Below, piece after piece: positions 38,631 to 49,937 of a DNA stretch of 64,000 bases. Source of the stretch: Fervidobacterium sp. (lineage in GTDB: Bacteria; Thermotogota; Thermotogae; Thermotogales; Fervidobacteriaceae); NCBI GenBank assembly GCA_049970055.1, contig JBMFNR010000003.1:32001-96000 (forward strand). The letters are read 5' to 3'. The notes beneath the pieces are model-generated. The model ran no database searches and was not told where the DNA came from. It saw only the letters and a list, made by a program, of their open reading frames with translations. Both the position numbers and the translations under genes were made by a program. The first letter of the stretch is position 1. Each line of letters begins with the position of its first letter.

Positions 38631-38889
38631 CATACAACTTTTTGCAAAAGCAAGTGGTGCAGGTAGAAATGGTAGAGATAGCAATCCAAAGTACTTAGGT
38701 ATCAAAAAATTTGATGGAGAGAATGTTGTCGCTGGTAATATAATTGTCAGGCAAAGAGGAACGAAAATGTGGCCAGGTAGTAACGTTGGTATGGGTCGAG
38801 ATTACACACTTTTCGCTCTCAAAGATGGCTATGTAAAATTTGTAACGAAGAACAACAGAAAATATGTTACAGTAGTTGAGGAACGCTAG
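38620..38889 (+). CDS. rpmA: 50S ribosomal protein L27 with an N-terminal pro-peptide
   Basis: MRINIQLFA extension, then [11 protein letters not shown] and RQRGT. Confidence 0.97.
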   Translation: MRINIQLFAKASGAGRNGRDSNPKYLGIKKFDGENVVAGNIIVRQRGTKMWPGSNVGMGRDYTLFALKDGYVKFVTKNNRKYVTVVEER

Positions 38890-38920
38890 AAACTAGAAAT
38901 AGGTGATCTAGGAGGAACCT

Positions 38921-39448
38921 ATGAAAAGAACAGTAACTTCTCGAATTGCGACAATAGGTATAATGTCTGCTCTTGCAACTGGTCTGATGTTCATAGAATT
39001 TCCAATATTCCCAGCGGTAAACTTTTTGAAATTCGATCCGAGCGATATACTTCCTCTCTTAGCTGCTTTTATATTTGGACCCATTGATGGTGTCATAGTT
39101 TTGCTAATTAAAGATATCTTATTTTACATGCTGAAATCTGGAGATATAGTTGGAATAGTAATGAACTTTGTTGCAGGAGTTTCGTACATGTTACCTGTTG
39201 TGCTGATTTACAAAATAAGAAAAAATAGAGTGATTGAAATAATAGGGTATATAGTAGGTGTAATAACTGTTTCAGGAGTTATGACACTTCTCAATATGAT
39301 TGTTGTTCCTTTATATTGGAAGATTTCCTTTGAAGATACTTTGAAGTTTTTACCATGGATAGCAGGTTTCAATGCAATAAAATTCTCAATAGACTCGATT
39401 GCAAACGCATTACTTAGGGAACGCATAGCAAAGATATTTGAAGATTGA
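38921..39448 (+). CDS. ECF transporter S component (RibU-like)
   Basis: IEFPIFP..FLKFDPSD..AFIFGP and FNAIK. Confidence 0.8.
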   Translation: MKRTVTSRIATIGIMSALATGLMFIEFPIFPAVNFLKFDPSDILPLLAAFIFGPIDGVIVLLIKDILFYMLKSGDIVGIVMNFVAGVSYMLPVVLIYKIRKNRVIEIIGYIVGVITVSGVMTLLNMIVVPLYWKISFEDTLKFLPWIAGFNAIKFSIDSIANALLRERIAKIFED

Positions 39449-39479
39449 TAATTGGAAAACTTGAAGGGAGGAATAATCG

Positions 39480-39923
39480 ATGGCGAGGCCATTTCCTGTA
39501 CAAAAAACATCATTTCCAAAAGTAGAAAGAAAATGGTACCTTGTTGATGCAGCTGGTAAACCACTTGGTCGTTTAGCCACAAGGATAGCTTTGCTTTTAC
39601 AAGGTAAGAATCAACCAACTTGGTCACCACATGTTGATAACGGCAATTATGTAATTGTTATAAACGCCGAGAAAGTACTTTTAACTGGTAAAAAGCTTAA
39701 TCAAAAAGTGTACTATCATCACTCTGGTTACCCAGGAGGTTTAAAGTCTCAAACAGCGAGACAAATTATGGAAAAATATCCGGAAAGGATCATTGAACTT
39801 GCAGTCAAAAGGATGCTACCAAAAACGATTCTTGGTAGACATCAATTTAAGAGATTGAAAGTTTACACTGGAGAAAACTATCCACATACTGCTCAAAAGC
39901 CTGAAAAAATTGAGCTTCTCTAA
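39480..39923 (+). CDS. rplM: 50S ribosomal protein L13
   Basis: [21 protein letters not shown] and RMLPK. Confidence 0.97.
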   Translation: MARPFPVQKTSFPKVERKWYLVDAAGKPLGRLATRIALLLQGKNQPTWSPHVDNGNYVIVINAEKVLLTGKKLNQKVYYHHSGYPGGLKSQTARQIMEKYPERIIELAVKRMLPKTILGRHQFKRLKVYTGENYPHTAQKPEKIELL

Positions 39924-39941
39924 TCGAGGGGAGGGAAATAA

Positions 39942-40340
39942 ATGGCAGACATTTACATGGGAACAGGTAGGAGGAAAACATCGACTGCACGTGTTTATTT
40001 AAAACCTGGTTCTGGAAAGATTGTAATTAACGACAAAGAATATAAAGAATTTAATGAATATTTCGAGAATAAAGTATGGACAATGCATGCTGTCGAACCT
40101 TTGAAAGTTGCAGGTCTTGACGGTACATTTGACATTCTAATCAGAGTTGAGGGTGGAGGCAAAAACGGACAGGCAGGTGCTGTTAGGCTTGGCCTTGCTA
40201 GAGCCCTTGTAAGCTACAATCCAGACCTTAGGAAGATGTTCAGGGATAGAAGTTTCCTCACGAGAGACCCAAGAATGGTGGAAAGGAAAAAGTACGGTCT
40301 TAAAAAGGCAAGACGAGCCCCACAATTCTCCAAGCGTTAA
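39942..40340 (+). CDS. rpsI: 30S ribosomal protein S9
   Basis: GTGRRK and [19 protein letters not shown]. Confidence 0.97.
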   Translation: MADIYMGTGRRKTSTARVYLKPGSGKIVINDKEYKEFNEYFENKVWTMHAVEPLKVAGLDGTFDILIRVEGGGKNGQAGAVRLGLARALVSYNPDLRKMFRDRSFLTRDPRMVERKKYGLKKARRAPQFSKR

Positions 40341-40384
40341 TGTTCTCACCTCTGGCTTACACTCTATTACTGAGTTCAATACTG

Positions 40385-40422
40385 GGTGGCAGATGGGTAT
40401 GTACCAACTGCTACCCTTATTT
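40385..40422 (+). terminator. Stem-loop between rpsI and dnaG
   Basis: GGGTGGCAG...CTGCTACCC followed by TTATTT. Confidence 0.55.
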
Positions 40423-40458
40423 AATATTTAATGGCCTATGGGTAGGTTTTGAAGTGCT

Positions 40459-42168
40459 ATGATACCGAAGGATATCATTAAAAAGATTAAAGAGAAAAAC
40501 GATATTGTGGAAGTCGTATCTGAATACGTGAATCTACAAAAAATAGGCAGTAATTACAGAGGCCTATGTCCTTTTCATTTAGAAACGTCTCCATCTTTTT
40601 ACGTAAGTCCGAGTAGGAATATATACCATTGTTTTGGCTGTGGAGCATCTGGTGATGTAATAAAATTTGTTCAAGAGATAGAAAACATCTCATATATTGA
40701 GGCGGTTAGAAAGCTCGGTGAAAGAGTTGGTATAACTGTTGTAATGACTGAAGAAGACCAAATAAAGGCACTTTATTATTCTTTTTATAAAGCCATTCAT
40801 CGGGAATATACATCCGCTTTAAGAAATTCTCCAAATATACTTGAATATCTAAAAAAAAGAGGATTTTCAGAGAGAGAAATTTCCTTGTACGAATTCGGAT
40901 TTTCGCCCTCTGATTCTCAGATACCTCAAAAAATTGCTGAAAGAATGAATATTCAGAAAGGTACACTTGAAAAATTTGGCTTCGCCAGCAATGATCCATT
41001 TGCTGGTCGCATTGTTATTCCAATCAAAGATGATTATGGAAGAGTCATAGCCTTCGGTGGTAGGCTTGTAGGAGAAGGTGTACCAAAATACATAAATTCA
41101 CAAGATACAATAGTCTTCAAAAAATCTTCTACGCTTTTTATGTTTGATACCGCCAAGGAGTTTATAAAAGAAACTGATTATGTGATCATATGTGAAGGTT
41201 ATTTTGATGCAATGGCTTTTCATAGGGCAGGTATAAAAAATACTGTCGCTACACTAGGAACTGCACTCACAAAACACCATCTTTACAAACTGAAAAAATT
41301 GACTAACAATATAGTCTTAGCATTCGATAACGATAGTTCGGGTATTAAAGCAACGTTGAGAAGTATAGAGATGATATATCCGGAAGGCCTCAACATCGCA
41401 GTTTTAAATTTTTTAGATGGAAAGGATGCTGATGAGACTTACAGAAGATTTGGTAATAATGGTCTGCTGAAATCTCTTGACAGTTCTATAAGTTCGGAAG
41501 TATTTGTTTCTGGAGTTATATCAAAAGAGTACGATCTTTCAAATCCAAATGGTGTAAACAATTTTATAAAATCTCTTGTAAAGTGGAAGAATCTATACTC
41601 AAACAATCAGGCAATTTTGGACAACTTTTACAATAGCATAGCAAAAATATTGAGTACAGATAAACAGAGCGTTATTTCAATGTTTTCTACAATATATGGG
41701 GAGAACAGAACTACAAGTGGTACTCACACAAGCTTCAAATATCCATACCATTATGGACAAAGAAGTGAAGAAAGTAAGAAAGTTCCGACAACAGAAGATT
41801 ATCTTGTGTACATATACTTCAATTATCCGGAAGTTTTCAAAACACTTGATTTTTCACCTGATTTACTAGAAGGTAAAGCAAAAGAGTTTTTCTTAATTGC
41901 AAAAGATTTGAACGTTTTTCCGGATCAGTTGTCTAAAGATATGGCCAGATTTGTTAAGGAATCTATTGAAAAAATAAACATGGAGGTAGATGATAAACTT
42001 CTCGAATACATCAAGAAGGATCTGGAAATCAGAAAAATTGAAAAACGTATCTCAGAAATTGATGAGTTGATCAAAAAATCTTTGGGACCTGATGAAAAAA
42101 TGGTTTTACTTAAAGCCCGTATAGAACTTGTAAAACAAAAGGAAAAAATAAAGAAGTCCTCAAAATAA
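40459..42168 (+). CDS. dnaG: DNA primase
   Basis: CPFH...CFGC zinc finger, FGGR, PKYINS, EGYFD and the Toprim motif FDND. Confidence 0.95.
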   Translation: MIPKDIIKKIKEKNDIVEVVSEYVNLQKIGSNYRGLCPFHLETSPSFYVSPSRNIYHCFGCGASGDVIKFVQEIENISYIEAVRKLGERVGITVVMTEEDQIKALYYSFYKAIHREYTSALRNSPNILEYLKKRGFSEREISLYEFGFSPSDSQIPQKIAERMNIQKGTLEKFGFASNDPFAGRIVIPIKDDYGRVIAFGGRLVGEGVPKYINSQDTIVFKKSSTLFMFDTAKEFIKETDYVIICEGYFDAMAFHRAGIKNTVATLGTALTKHHLYKLKKLTNNIVLAFDNDSSGIKATLRSIEMIYPEGLNIAVLNFLDGKDADETYRRFGNNGLLKSLDSSISSEVFVSGVISKEYDLSNPNGVNNFIKSLVKWKNLYSNNQAILDNFYNSIAKILSTDKQSVISMFSTIYGENRTTSGTHTSFKYPYHYGQRSEESKKVPTTEDYLVYIYFNYPEVFKTLDFSPDLLEGKAKEFFLIAKDLNVFPDQLSKDMARFVKESIEKINMEVDDKLLEYIKKDLEIRKIEKRISEIDELIKKSLGPDEKMVLLKARIELVKQKEKIKKSSK

Positions 42169-42185
42169 AGAGGAGGTGTTTTTTG

Positions 42186-43304
42186 ATGTTTAAAACAATT
42201 GTTAAAGACAACACAGAGCTTCAGAAGAAACTCGAAAAACTAGTGGAACTTGGAAAAAGAAAAGGATACATTACCTACGATGACATCGATAGAACGTTCC
42301 CACCAGGGGATACAGATACGTTTGACAGCAATTTTCTTGACATAGTTTACGAGACGCTTGAAAAAAATAAAATAGAAATCAGAGATACAACAGATCTTAT
42401 GAACATAGAAGAGGAAGTTAGAGCATACCTTTCTGAAAGTCCAGAAATATTCGATAGCACCGAACCAAAAGATTTAATCAAAATGTACCTTAGAGACATT
42501 GGAAAAATTAGACTACTTACACCATCAGAGGAAAAAAGACTTGCACAAAGAGCTCAATCTGGTGATCGAAGAGCTAAGGAGGAGTTAATCATCTCGAACC
42601 TTCGATTAGTAGTTAGCATGGCAAAAAGGTATTTGGGAAAAGGTTTGTCCTTTCTTGACCTTATACAAGAAGGAAGCCTTGGATTAATAAAAGCTGTTGA
42701 AAAATTTGATTGGTCGAAAGGGTATAAATTCTCTACTTATGCAACTTGGTGGATAAGACAGGCGATAACAAGGGCTATTGCAGATCAAGCCAGGACTATA
42801 AGGGTTCCAGTTCACATGGTAGAAACTATTAACAAAATACAGAAAATTAAAAGAGAATACGTTCAAGAACATGGAGAGGAACCATCTTTAGAATACTTAG
42901 CAGAGCAAGTTGGGAAACCTGTTGAAAAAATAGAGGAAATTCTCCAAGCAGCCCCTGAGACATTGTCGTTGGAAACTCCCGTAGGAGAAGAAGATGATTC
43001 TTCGATGGGAGACTTTGTTGCTGACGAAAGTATAGGCTCACCAAAAAAGGAAGCTATCAGAACATTGATGAAAGAGGAAATTGATAAGTTACTTGAAACT
43101 TTAAATGATAGAGAAAAAATGGTGCTCAAAATGAGGTACGGTATCTTAGATGGGAAACCTAAGACCTTGGAGGAAGTCGGGCAATATTTTGGAGTCACAA
43201 GAGAAAGGATAAGACAAATTGAGGTGAAAGCGTTAAGAAAACTTAGACATCCTTCGAGAAGCAGATATCTAAGATTATTACAGAAATTAACTGAAGAAGA
43301 TTGA
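42186..43304 (+). CDS. rpoD: Primary RNA polymerase sigma factor
   Basis: [39 protein letters not shown] and TRERIRQIE. Confidence 0.96.
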   Translation: MFKTIVKDNTELQKKLEKLVELGKRKGYITYDDIDRTFPPGDTDTFDSNFLDIVYETLEKNKIEIRDTTDLMNIEEEVRAYLSESPEIFDSTEPKDLIKMYLRDIGKIRLLTPSEEKRLAQRAQSGDRRAKEELIISNLRLVVSMAKRYLGKGLSFLDLIQEGSLGLIKAVEKFDWSKGYKFSTYATWWIRQAITRAIADQARTIRVPVHMVETINKIQKIKREYVQEHGEEPSLEYLAEQVGKPVEKIEEILQAAPETLSLETPVGEEDDSSMGDFVADESIGSPKKEAIRTLMKEEIDKLLETLNDREKMVLKMRYGILDGKPKTLEEVGQYFGVTRERIRQIEVKALRKLRHPSRSRYLRLLQKLTEED

Positions 43305-43339
43305 GAAAAAATAACCATGTTAAAGAGAGATGATATTAA

Positions 43340-45967
43340 ATGGTTTTAAAGATAGCATTTAGAAATTTTACGAAACATTGGAAAGTTGGTTTGCTCGCCA
43401 TATTGGGGACATTTGTGGCCACCATGCTTTTAGTGGGGGGACTTTCTTTAAATGATTCAGTTAATACTTACTTAAAGCAGAAAATAATGAAGAACTTTGG
43501 AAAGATAGACCTCGTAATAAAAGATAAATCCGATACGATTTTCTTACCAAAGGCAGTAAGTTCGAATAAGGTAGAAAATGTGTTGAAACAGCTATCGGAG
43601 GTTGAAGACTTTTGTCCTGTCAAATTGGCACAAGTAACTGCTAAGATAGGCCAAAAATACGTAGATCTGTATGCAATATCGATTACGCCGGAGTTTCAAA
43701 ATTATATCAAAAAAAATATAGATGGTGTAACCATAAGCTACGACACCGCCAAATCATTCGATCTGAAAGTCGGCGATGAGATAGAGATAATCTCGGCAAA
43801 GGGTACGTATAAAGTAAAAATATATGCTCTTGGGAAGGATGAACTAAATTTCCGTGGAGAGACTGGATCTGCAAATGGGACGATATTTTTGCAAGAACCT
43901 CTATTCGAAGAATATGGAATATACCCTTTGAAAGAGCCAAATGCCTATTTTGTTACACTTAACATACCTATAGATAAACACCAAAATTTTGCTGATAAAC
44001 TTCTTCAGATGGAAGGTTCAATTAGGATAACTGCCGTGAAGTATCGACTTTCTACATCACCATTAAATAAGATTATAGGTTACCTTTTCATTGGCTTTTC
44101 TGGTTTTTCTGTCATTTCGAGCTTTTTGTTTATAGCCTCGTTTTTCGGAATATTGACTGAAGAAAGGAAAGCTTCTCTCGGAGTGCTTAGGGCAATTGGT
44201 TATTCCAGATTTCAAATGTTTTTGATATTATTCCTCGAAGGCCTGGCGTATCTTATCTTTTCTGAAATCGTAGGGGCATTGACTGGCGTAGGTTTTGGTA
44301 AATACCTTCTCTATAGGATTAATTCATTCCAAAGGAAAGATGATTTATTTGCTTTTGTTCAAGATCAAATACCATACAACGTTACGTTAGTTAGCATTTT
44401 TTATGCCGTATTAGTTGCTGCATTCGTTCCAATTATGATACTCATTTACAAAAGTGTTGAGTTTTCTAATGTATCACCTGCAATTCTTTATACAGGAAGA
44501 TTAACCGAAAATGAAAAAAAGAGTAACAAAGGCAGGAATATAATATTCAGTTTAGGAGTTTTTTTATTTTTATTCATGCTCTACCGCATGTCACCAATCT
44601 ATTTTCTGCTTGGAGTCCTTACCATAATACCCCTAATTTTTAGGAACAATATTCTGGCACTTGCCTATGGTATTTCCATACTCATATCACTAATTCCAAT
44701 ACTTTCAACAGGAACCGCTGTTAATATGCTTGTACGTGCCGGTTTTTCCATTCTTGGCAGCATATATATTGTATTTGGAATATTGCCTTACCTAAAAGCA
44801 CTTTTTGAAAGAATTAAAAATATACCTTTCACTTTGGCAGTTTCCTATATTGAGAAGTATAAGAACAGAAATTTCGCGATCTTCGTTGTTTACACTGTTA
44901 CATTGATTCTTATCTTGGTTAGTGCAATTATTCCAACAAGCATTTCGAAATACATTGAAGCGAAGAAAGAGGAAGGAGCATTTGGATACAACTTCATAAT
45001 AATCGAAAATCCAATAAAAAGTTTTTTTGGATCGTATAAATATCTAAACGACGAAGAGTTTTCAAAGAAATTCGAAGTAATCGCACCTATTCAACTTGTT
45101 GAAGCTACAAAACCTGGAGAGAGGAGGAAGTACTCCATTATATTAGCAGATGAAAGGGTTATTGAAAAGCTGACATTGCCATCAGAAAAGCTGATGCGAG
45201 AGTTGAAGCGAACCGACTTCAGAAAACTCCCGGATAAATCGATTTACCTTTCGAAAGATCTTGCTCCTGTTCAAAAAGGTACTAAGATCACACTCACACT
45301 AAAAGGGGTTTTACCTGGTATTTCTTCTAAAATTACCGATGATTTCAATGTTGAGGGAATTTATGATCCAGAAGAGACATTACTACCTATGGATGGAATA
45401 ATTATCTGGCGTGGAAAGAAATTATTCGGAGCAATAAGTGGATATGTTGGTGTTATAAGAGATAAAAATGAAGCGTTAAAGGCCCAGGAATTCGTGACAA
45501 GAAAATTTGATGCAGCTGTTTATATAACCGGGGAAATAGAAAAATTGTACACATCCATAGGCAACCTTGTGAATTTGTCATTGCAGCTGTTCTATCTTGG
45601 TTTTTTTGCAGGCTTTGCAGGGCTTTCGGTTATCACTTTCAGAAATGTATACGTTAGGAAAAAGGAAATTGGAATGCTAAGGGCAATTGGCACCGGAAGT
45701 GATGTTGTCTTCAAAATGTTTATATATGAAGCGTTGCTTATAGTTATTGTCGCTACGTTGGTAGCTATACTTTCAAGTACTCTTATTATCATGGATCTTG
45801 CAAATTTTGTAAGCCCAATTTTACCATCATTCAAGATTATTATACCATACGAAAAAGTATTTTTGACATTATTAAGCGTCTTTCTGTTAACTACAACTTT
45901 TGTTTCTATACCTGCGAGTTTATCCCAACGAATACCACCATCTGAGGCATTGAGGGTTTTCGATTGA
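43340..45967 (+). CDS. FtsX/MacB-like ABC transporter permease (two FtsX repeats)
   Basis: EERKASLGVLRAIG and RKKEIGMLRAIG repeats with large extracytoplasmic domains. Confidence 0.85.
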   Translation: MVLKIAFRNFTKHWKVGLLAILGTFVATMLLVGGLSLNDSVNTYLKQKIMKNFGKIDLVIKDKSDTIFLPKAVSSNKVENVLKQLSEVEDFCPVKLAQVTAKIGQKYVDLYAISITPEFQNYIKKNIDGVTISYDTAKSFDLKVGDEIEIISAKGTYKVKIYALGKDELNFRGETGSANGTIFLQEPLFEEYGIYPLKEPNAYFVTLNIPIDKHQNFADKLLQMEGSIRITAVKYRLSTSPLNKIIGYLFIGFSGFSVISSFLFIASFFGILTEERKASLGVLRAIGYSRFQMFLILFLEGLAYLIFSEIVGALTGVGFGKYLLYRINSFQRKDDLFAFVQDQIPYNVTLVSIFYAVLVAAFVPIMILIYKSVEFSNVSPAILYTGRLTENEKKSNKGRNIIFSLGVFLFLFMLYRMSPIYFLLGVLTIIPLIFRNNILALAYGISILISLIPILSTGTAVNMLVRAGFSILGSIYIVFGILPYLKALFERIKNIPFTLAVSYIEKYKNRNFAIFVVYTVTLILILVSAIIPTSISKYIEAKKEEGAFGYNFIIIENPIKSFFGSYKYLNDEEFSKKFEVIAPIQLVEATKPGERRKYSIILADERVIEKLTLPSEKLMRELKRTDFRKLPDKSIYLSKDLAPVQKGTKITLTLKGVLPGISSKITDDFNVEGIYDPEETLLPMDGIIIWRGKKLFGAISGYVGVIRDKNEALKAQEFVTRKFDAAVYITGEIEKLYTSIGNLVNLSLQLFYLGFFAGFAGLSVITFRNVYVRKKEIGMLRAIGTGSDVVFKMFIYEALLIVIVATLVAILSSTLIIMDLANFVSPILPSFKIIIPYEKVFLTLLSVFLLTTTFVSIPASLSQRIPPSEALRVFD

Positions 45968-46027
45968 GTTTGGTTGAGTTTGATAGATCAGTGTTCGCTT
46001 AATAAGATTGGAATAAATAAATTAAGC

Positions 46028-46053
46028 AGTTCGGGGACTTCCCCGACTTTTTT
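46028..46053 (+). terminator. Intrinsic terminator
   Basis: TCGGGGA-CT-TCCCCGA followed by CTTTTTT. Confidence 0.7.
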
Positions 46054-46090
46054 ATTTTACAAATGTTTTACTAAAATTTACAATCAACTG

Positions 46091-46128
46091 TTGACTTGCC
46101 AGTACTGTAATAGTATAATATTACAGTA
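46091..46128 (+). promoter_or_regulatory. Promoter with an overlapping palindromic operator (YtrA-type)
   Basis: TTGACT-N17-TATAAT; the inverted repeat TACTGTAATA-N6-TATTACAGTA (46103-46128) spans the -10. Confidence 0.75.
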
Positions 46129-46155
46129 GACCAAGAGTTTATAGGAGGTAATTAG

Positions 46156-46515
46156 ATGTGGTTTAATGTGGATTTTCATTCTCATGTGCCTGTATATGTA
46201 CAGATAAAGGAAAATATTAAAAACTTAATTTTAAGCGGTAAATTAAAAAGTGGGGACTTTGTTCCTTCGATAAGAAATTTAGCCAGGGATATTGGTGTTA
46301 ATGTAAATACGGTAGCTCGAGCTTACAGAGAGCTTGAACAAGAAGGTATTATACGCCCTGAACGTGGAGAAGGCTACATTGTTGTGCAACTTGATGAAGA
46401 AAAGTTAAAAAATGAAATGTTTGAAGAACTGAAAAGAGTCATTAGGAAGCTTAATTCAATTGGCATAAGTAAAAACGATATATACAAGATTGTCGAAGAG
46501 GAGTTCAGGAGGTGA
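46156..46515 (+). CDS. GntR-family regulator (YtrA subfamily)
   Basis: PVYVQI, PSIRNLA and VNVNTVARAYRELE; short C-terminus; precedes ABC genes. Confidence 0.9.
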   Translation: MWFNVDFHSHVPVYVQIKENIKNLILSGKLKSGDFVPSIRNLARDIGVNVNTVARAYRELEQEGIIRPERGEGYIVVQLDEEKLKNEMFEELKRVIRKLNSIGISKNDIYKIVEEEFRR

Positions 46516-46521
46516 TTTATC

Positions 46522-47340
46522 TTGGTTTTGGAAGTAGTGGGGTTAAAAAAGTACTATAAAAATATAAAAGCAGTCGATGGAGTATCATTTAGTATTGAAT
46601 CTGGTGAAATTTTTGCATTGCTTGGACCTAACGGTGCAGGGAAAACCACAACACTAAAATGTATTCTTGATTTAAGGTTCAAGGACGCTGGCGAGATTGT
46701 GAAAAAAGGAATCTTCACCTACGTTCCGGAAGGGAAAGAGTTGTATTCGAACTATACTGTAAAAAAGATTGTTGAAACTACAGAATATTTAACTGATGGA
46801 TTTGACAAGAAGAAATGCTTTGCTGTTTTAGAACAATTTGGTATACCGTATGCTGAAAAAGTTTTGGAGTTATCAAATGGGCAATTAACTCAGCTGTACC
46901 TTGCACTCGTGTTGGCGCAAAAGGCAGACCTATATATTTTTGATGAACCCACGTGGGGGCTTGATCCGATCGCACGGAATCAAGTATTGGAAATGATAAG
47001 GAACGTTTCAATTCAAGGCGGATCTGTTCTTTACACAAGCCATATATTGAGCGAAGTTGAAAAGGTAGCTGACAAAGTAGCAATTATGAGCAAAGGGAAA
47101 GTAGTAGAAATGGGGGATCTTGACGATTTGAAAGAAAGATACTGTGCAATAAAAGTAAGCCTAGGTACATATGTTGATGGTTACAAGTACAAATCAACGA
47201 GCTCTGAAGATGTCTATATCGTTACCAAAGAATTTGCACACAAAAACAATTTTGAATATGAACATGTAACATTTGAATTTCTTTTTGAAGCATTTGTAAA
47301 AGGAAGTAATCTAAATAACGAACAAAATTTCATGGGGTGA
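46522..47340 (+). CDS. ABC transporter ATP-binding protein
   Basis: GPNGAGKTT, LSNGQ, FDEPT and SH. Confidence 0.9.
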   Translation: MVLEVVGLKKYYKNIKAVDGVSFSIESGEIFALLGPNGAGKTTTLKCILDLRFKDAGEIVKKGIFTYVPEGKELYSNYTVKKIVETTEYLTDGFDKKKCFAVLEQFGIPYAEKVLELSNGQLTQLYLALVLAQKADLYIFDEPTWGLDPIARNQVLEMIRNVSIQGGSVLYTSHILSEVEKVADKVAIMSKGKVVEMGDLDDLKERYCAIKVSLGTYVDGYKYKSTSSEDVYIVTKEFAHKNNFEYEHVTFEFLFEAFVKGSNLNNEQNFMG

Positions 47341-48104
47341 TCAAGATGATCAAAATAAAGAAAGAGTTCAACGATCTGAAAGTTAGGTTCTTTGGTATAC
47401 TTATAGTGCTCTTCATACTATTTTTTTTACTTGCACCTCTACAAAGGTTTACTATATCATTTCTGGAAGGATATAGCAGTAGCCCACAAATTGAAAAATT
47501 TTTACCAAGTAATATACTCAGCAAGCTTAAAGAATGGAATTTTTACATTAATTCTCAATGGTACGGGAAAAACTACGGGCAGATAATCCCAATAATTAGT
47601 ATTATTATGGCCTTCCCGCTCTTTGCACGTGAATTTGAAAATAATACGATAGCGTTTTTGCTTGTTAGAAAAAATAGGAGGGAAGTTTTCTTTAGTAAAT
47701 TCACCGCTGGTTTTGTTGCACTGAGTATAGTGCTGCTTACAGCAGGCTTTCTGCCCTTAATTTACTCATTTTTATTGTCCAAAGACTACGACTATGCCAT
47801 CGGTATGAAATTTGCATTTCAGTCCTACTTTTCTGGATTGTTTTGGTATGGCATTGGTGTTCTATTTTCTTTGATGTTCAATGATCAAGTTAGACCGCTC
47901 TTAGCAGGTCTCGGAACTATCGCTATTACAACAGTTGCTGGGATCTTGAGACCCCTGAAGTTTATGAACACATATAATTATGCATTAGGTGTAAAAATAT
48001 TTGAAACAGGTAATATTGATATAAGCTACACAATTGGTGTTATAATAATAACTATCCTAATAATTATCATTTCTCACAACATATTTTTGAGAAAAGAAGT
48101 TTAA
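47337..48104 (+). CDS. ABC-2-type permease
   Basis: About 6 TM segments; FAREFENNTIAFLL..RREVFFSK. Confidence 0.8.
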   Translation: MIKMIKIKKEFNDLKVRFFGILIVLFILFFLLAPLQRFTISFLEGYSSSPQIEKFLPSNILSKLKEWNFYINSQWYGKNYGQIIPIISIIMAFPLFAREFENNTIAFLLVRKNRREVFFSKFTAGFVALSIVLLTAGFLPLIYSFLLSKDYDYAIGMKFAFQSYFSGLFWYGIGVLFSLMFNDQVRPLLAGLGTIAITTVAGILRPLKFMNTYNYALGVKIFETGNIDISYTIGVIIITILIIIISHNIFLRKEV

Positions 48105-48144
48105 CGGTAAAACAAACATTATAAACATCCCGGAGGTGATTTAA

Positions 48145-48465
48145 ATGATAGTTGTTACGACTGATTTCGTTCCAGGTTATGAAATTGTTGAAACGCTTGG
48201 TCTTGTGACTGGTAGTATAGTCAATTCTAAGCATCTTGGGAAGGACATCGCCGCTGCATTTAAAACCTTAGCGGGTGGGGAGATAAGAAGTTACACAGAG
48301 CTTTTGGTAGAAAGCAGAAACATAGCACTTAAGAGAATGATTGATGAAGCAGAACGCCTAGGAGCAGATGCAGTTATTGGTGTGAGGTTTGGTTCATCTT
48401 CAATAATGCAAAGCGCTGCTGAAATATTAGCTTATGGGACAGCTGTAAGACTAAGAAAAATCTAA
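48145..48465 (+). CDS. YbjQ/UPF0145 family protein
   Basis: GGEIRSYTELL, GADAVIGVRF and AYGTAV. Confidence 0.9.
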   Translation: MIVVTTDFVPGYEIVETLGLVTGSIVNSKHLGKDIAAAFKTLAGGEIRSYTELLVESRNIALKRMIDEAERLGADAVIGVRFGSSSIMQSAAEILAYGTAVRLRKI

Positions 48466-48491
48466 AGTTGTGAAAGAAAGGAAGAAAAATT

Positions 48492-49673
48492 ATGATTCAA
48501 CTGGAAGGACGAATAGAAATAATAAAGAAAGTGGCTTCAACTTACGGAACACCTATTTATATTTATTTTGTGGAAGAAATACTAAAAAGGATAGAAATTG
48601 TGAAGTATGTTTTCAATGGTATCAACGTGTTACCTACATTTGCTTGCAAATCTAACAACAATCCAAGAATTATAGAGATATTTAACAAGCATGGCTTTGG
48701 TGTAGATATTGTTTCACTTGGAGAATACCAAGCTGCAAAATTAGCGAATGTAGATGATAGTAAGATAGTTTGGAACGGGAATGGCAAATCAAAAGTTGAT
48801 ATGGAGTACCTTAAAAGCCGTATTAAGTACGTAAATATTGATTCTTTCGAAGAATACGAAAGGTGGCTTAGTATTGAAAAGTTACCTGATAGCTTGGAGT
48901 TTTTTCTTAGGATTAATCCCGACGTAGATCCAAAAACACATCCACACATATCAACGGGATTGAAAGAGAACAAGTTTGGTATTCATGTTGAAGATATCGA
49001 AAAGATTTTGAAAAAAGGAAAACTCAACGTAGTTGGTTTCCATTTACATATAGGTTCGCAAATAACTGATGTGGAGCCATTTAAAGAATCTATCCAAAGA
49101 GTTGTTGAACTGTCGGAAAAGTACGGATTTTCAAAAATCAACATTGGGGGCGGATGGGGTATTAGGTATAATGATAAAGAACTAGACGTTGAAGAATATA
49201 AAAAGAGAGTGCTTCCGTATCTTTCTAGTTTTGAACAAGTTATAATTGAGCTTGGGAGGTATCTGATAGGCCCTGCTGGTATCCTTGTAACGAAGGTGGA
49301 ATATGTAAAAAAAACACCACATAAAACATTTATTGTGCTCGATAGTGGAATGAATCATTTAATTAGGTATGCAATGTACAACGCCTATCACCGAATTGAT
49401 GTTCTCGATCCTTTAGAAAGTGAACAATCCGTAGTAGATGTTGTTGGCCCACTGTGTGAATCAGGGGATATACTTGCCTCTGAACGAATCTTAAAAATTC
49501 CAGTGGAGGGAAGTTATGTAGTAATTCAAGACACCGGTGCATATGGTTACTCAATGGCAAACAATTACAATTCAATGCCATTACCTGCAGAGGTGCTAGT
49601 TTCTAAGAATAATGAATACAAACTCATAAGAAGACGAGAAAATATAAGTGAAATCTTTAAAACAATAGTTTAA
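48492..49673 (+). CDS. lysA: Diaminopimelate decarboxylase
   Basis: YGTP, ACKSN, HISTG..KFG, HIGSQ, GPLCESGD and GAYGYSMANNYN. Confidence 0.92.
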   Translation: MIQLEGRIEIIKKVASTYGTPIYIYFVEEILKRIEIVKYVFNGINVLPTFACKSNNNPRIIEIFNKHGFGVDIVSLGEYQAAKLANVDDSKIVWNGNGKSKVDMEYLKSRIKYVNIDSFEEYERWLSIEKLPDSLEFFLRINPDVDPKTHPHISTGLKENKFGIHVEDIEKILKKGKLNVVGFHLHIGSQITDVEPFKESIQRVVELSEKYGFSKINIGGGWGIRYNDKELDVEEYKKRVLPYLSSFEQVIIELGRYLIGPAGILVTKVEYVKKTPHKTFIVLDSGMNHLIRYAMYNAYHRIDVLDPLESEQSVVDVVGPLCESGDILASERILKIPVEGSYVVIQDTGAYGYSMANNYNSMPLPAEVLVSKNNEYKLIRRRENISEIFKTIV

Positions 49674-49781
49674 AAACTTTTATCTGCGAAATAAGGTGAA
49701 ACGAAAAAGACATATTGACAAAATTACAACATTATGGCACAATATATCACGGTCAGTGAAAAGTAGACTGAAAGGAGAAAC

Positions 49782-49859
49782 GGGGACGTGGTGCAGCCTG
49801 GTTAGCACGCCGGTCTGTCACACCGGTGGCCGCGAGTTCAAATCTCGTCGTCCCCGCCA
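49782..49859 (+). tRNA. tRNA-Asp (GTC)
   Basis: Acceptor stem GGGGACG/CGTCCCC, anticodon arm CCGGT-CTGTCAC-ACCGG, GTTCAAATC T loop and an encoded CCA. Confidence 0.97.
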
Positions 49860-49861
49860 AA

Positions 49862-49896
49862 AATCAGGCGAGACTTCATGTCTCGCCTGATTTTTT
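49862..49896 (+). terminator. Intrinsic terminator after the tRNA
   Basis: ATCAGGCGAGAC...GTCTCGCCTGAT followed by a T run. Confidence 0.88.
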
Positions 49897-49937
49897 ATGC
49901 AAAAATATAAAAAATTACTTGCAATTGGAGGGACACT

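Noticed and set aside
49696..49890. 64-aa ORF
   Set aside because: Spans the tRNA-Asp gene, its promoter and its terminator.
49782..49900. tRNA-Asp as an integration site for a genomic island
   Set aside because: No integrase and no duplicated tRNA 3' end was seen, and the flanking genes are housekeeping.
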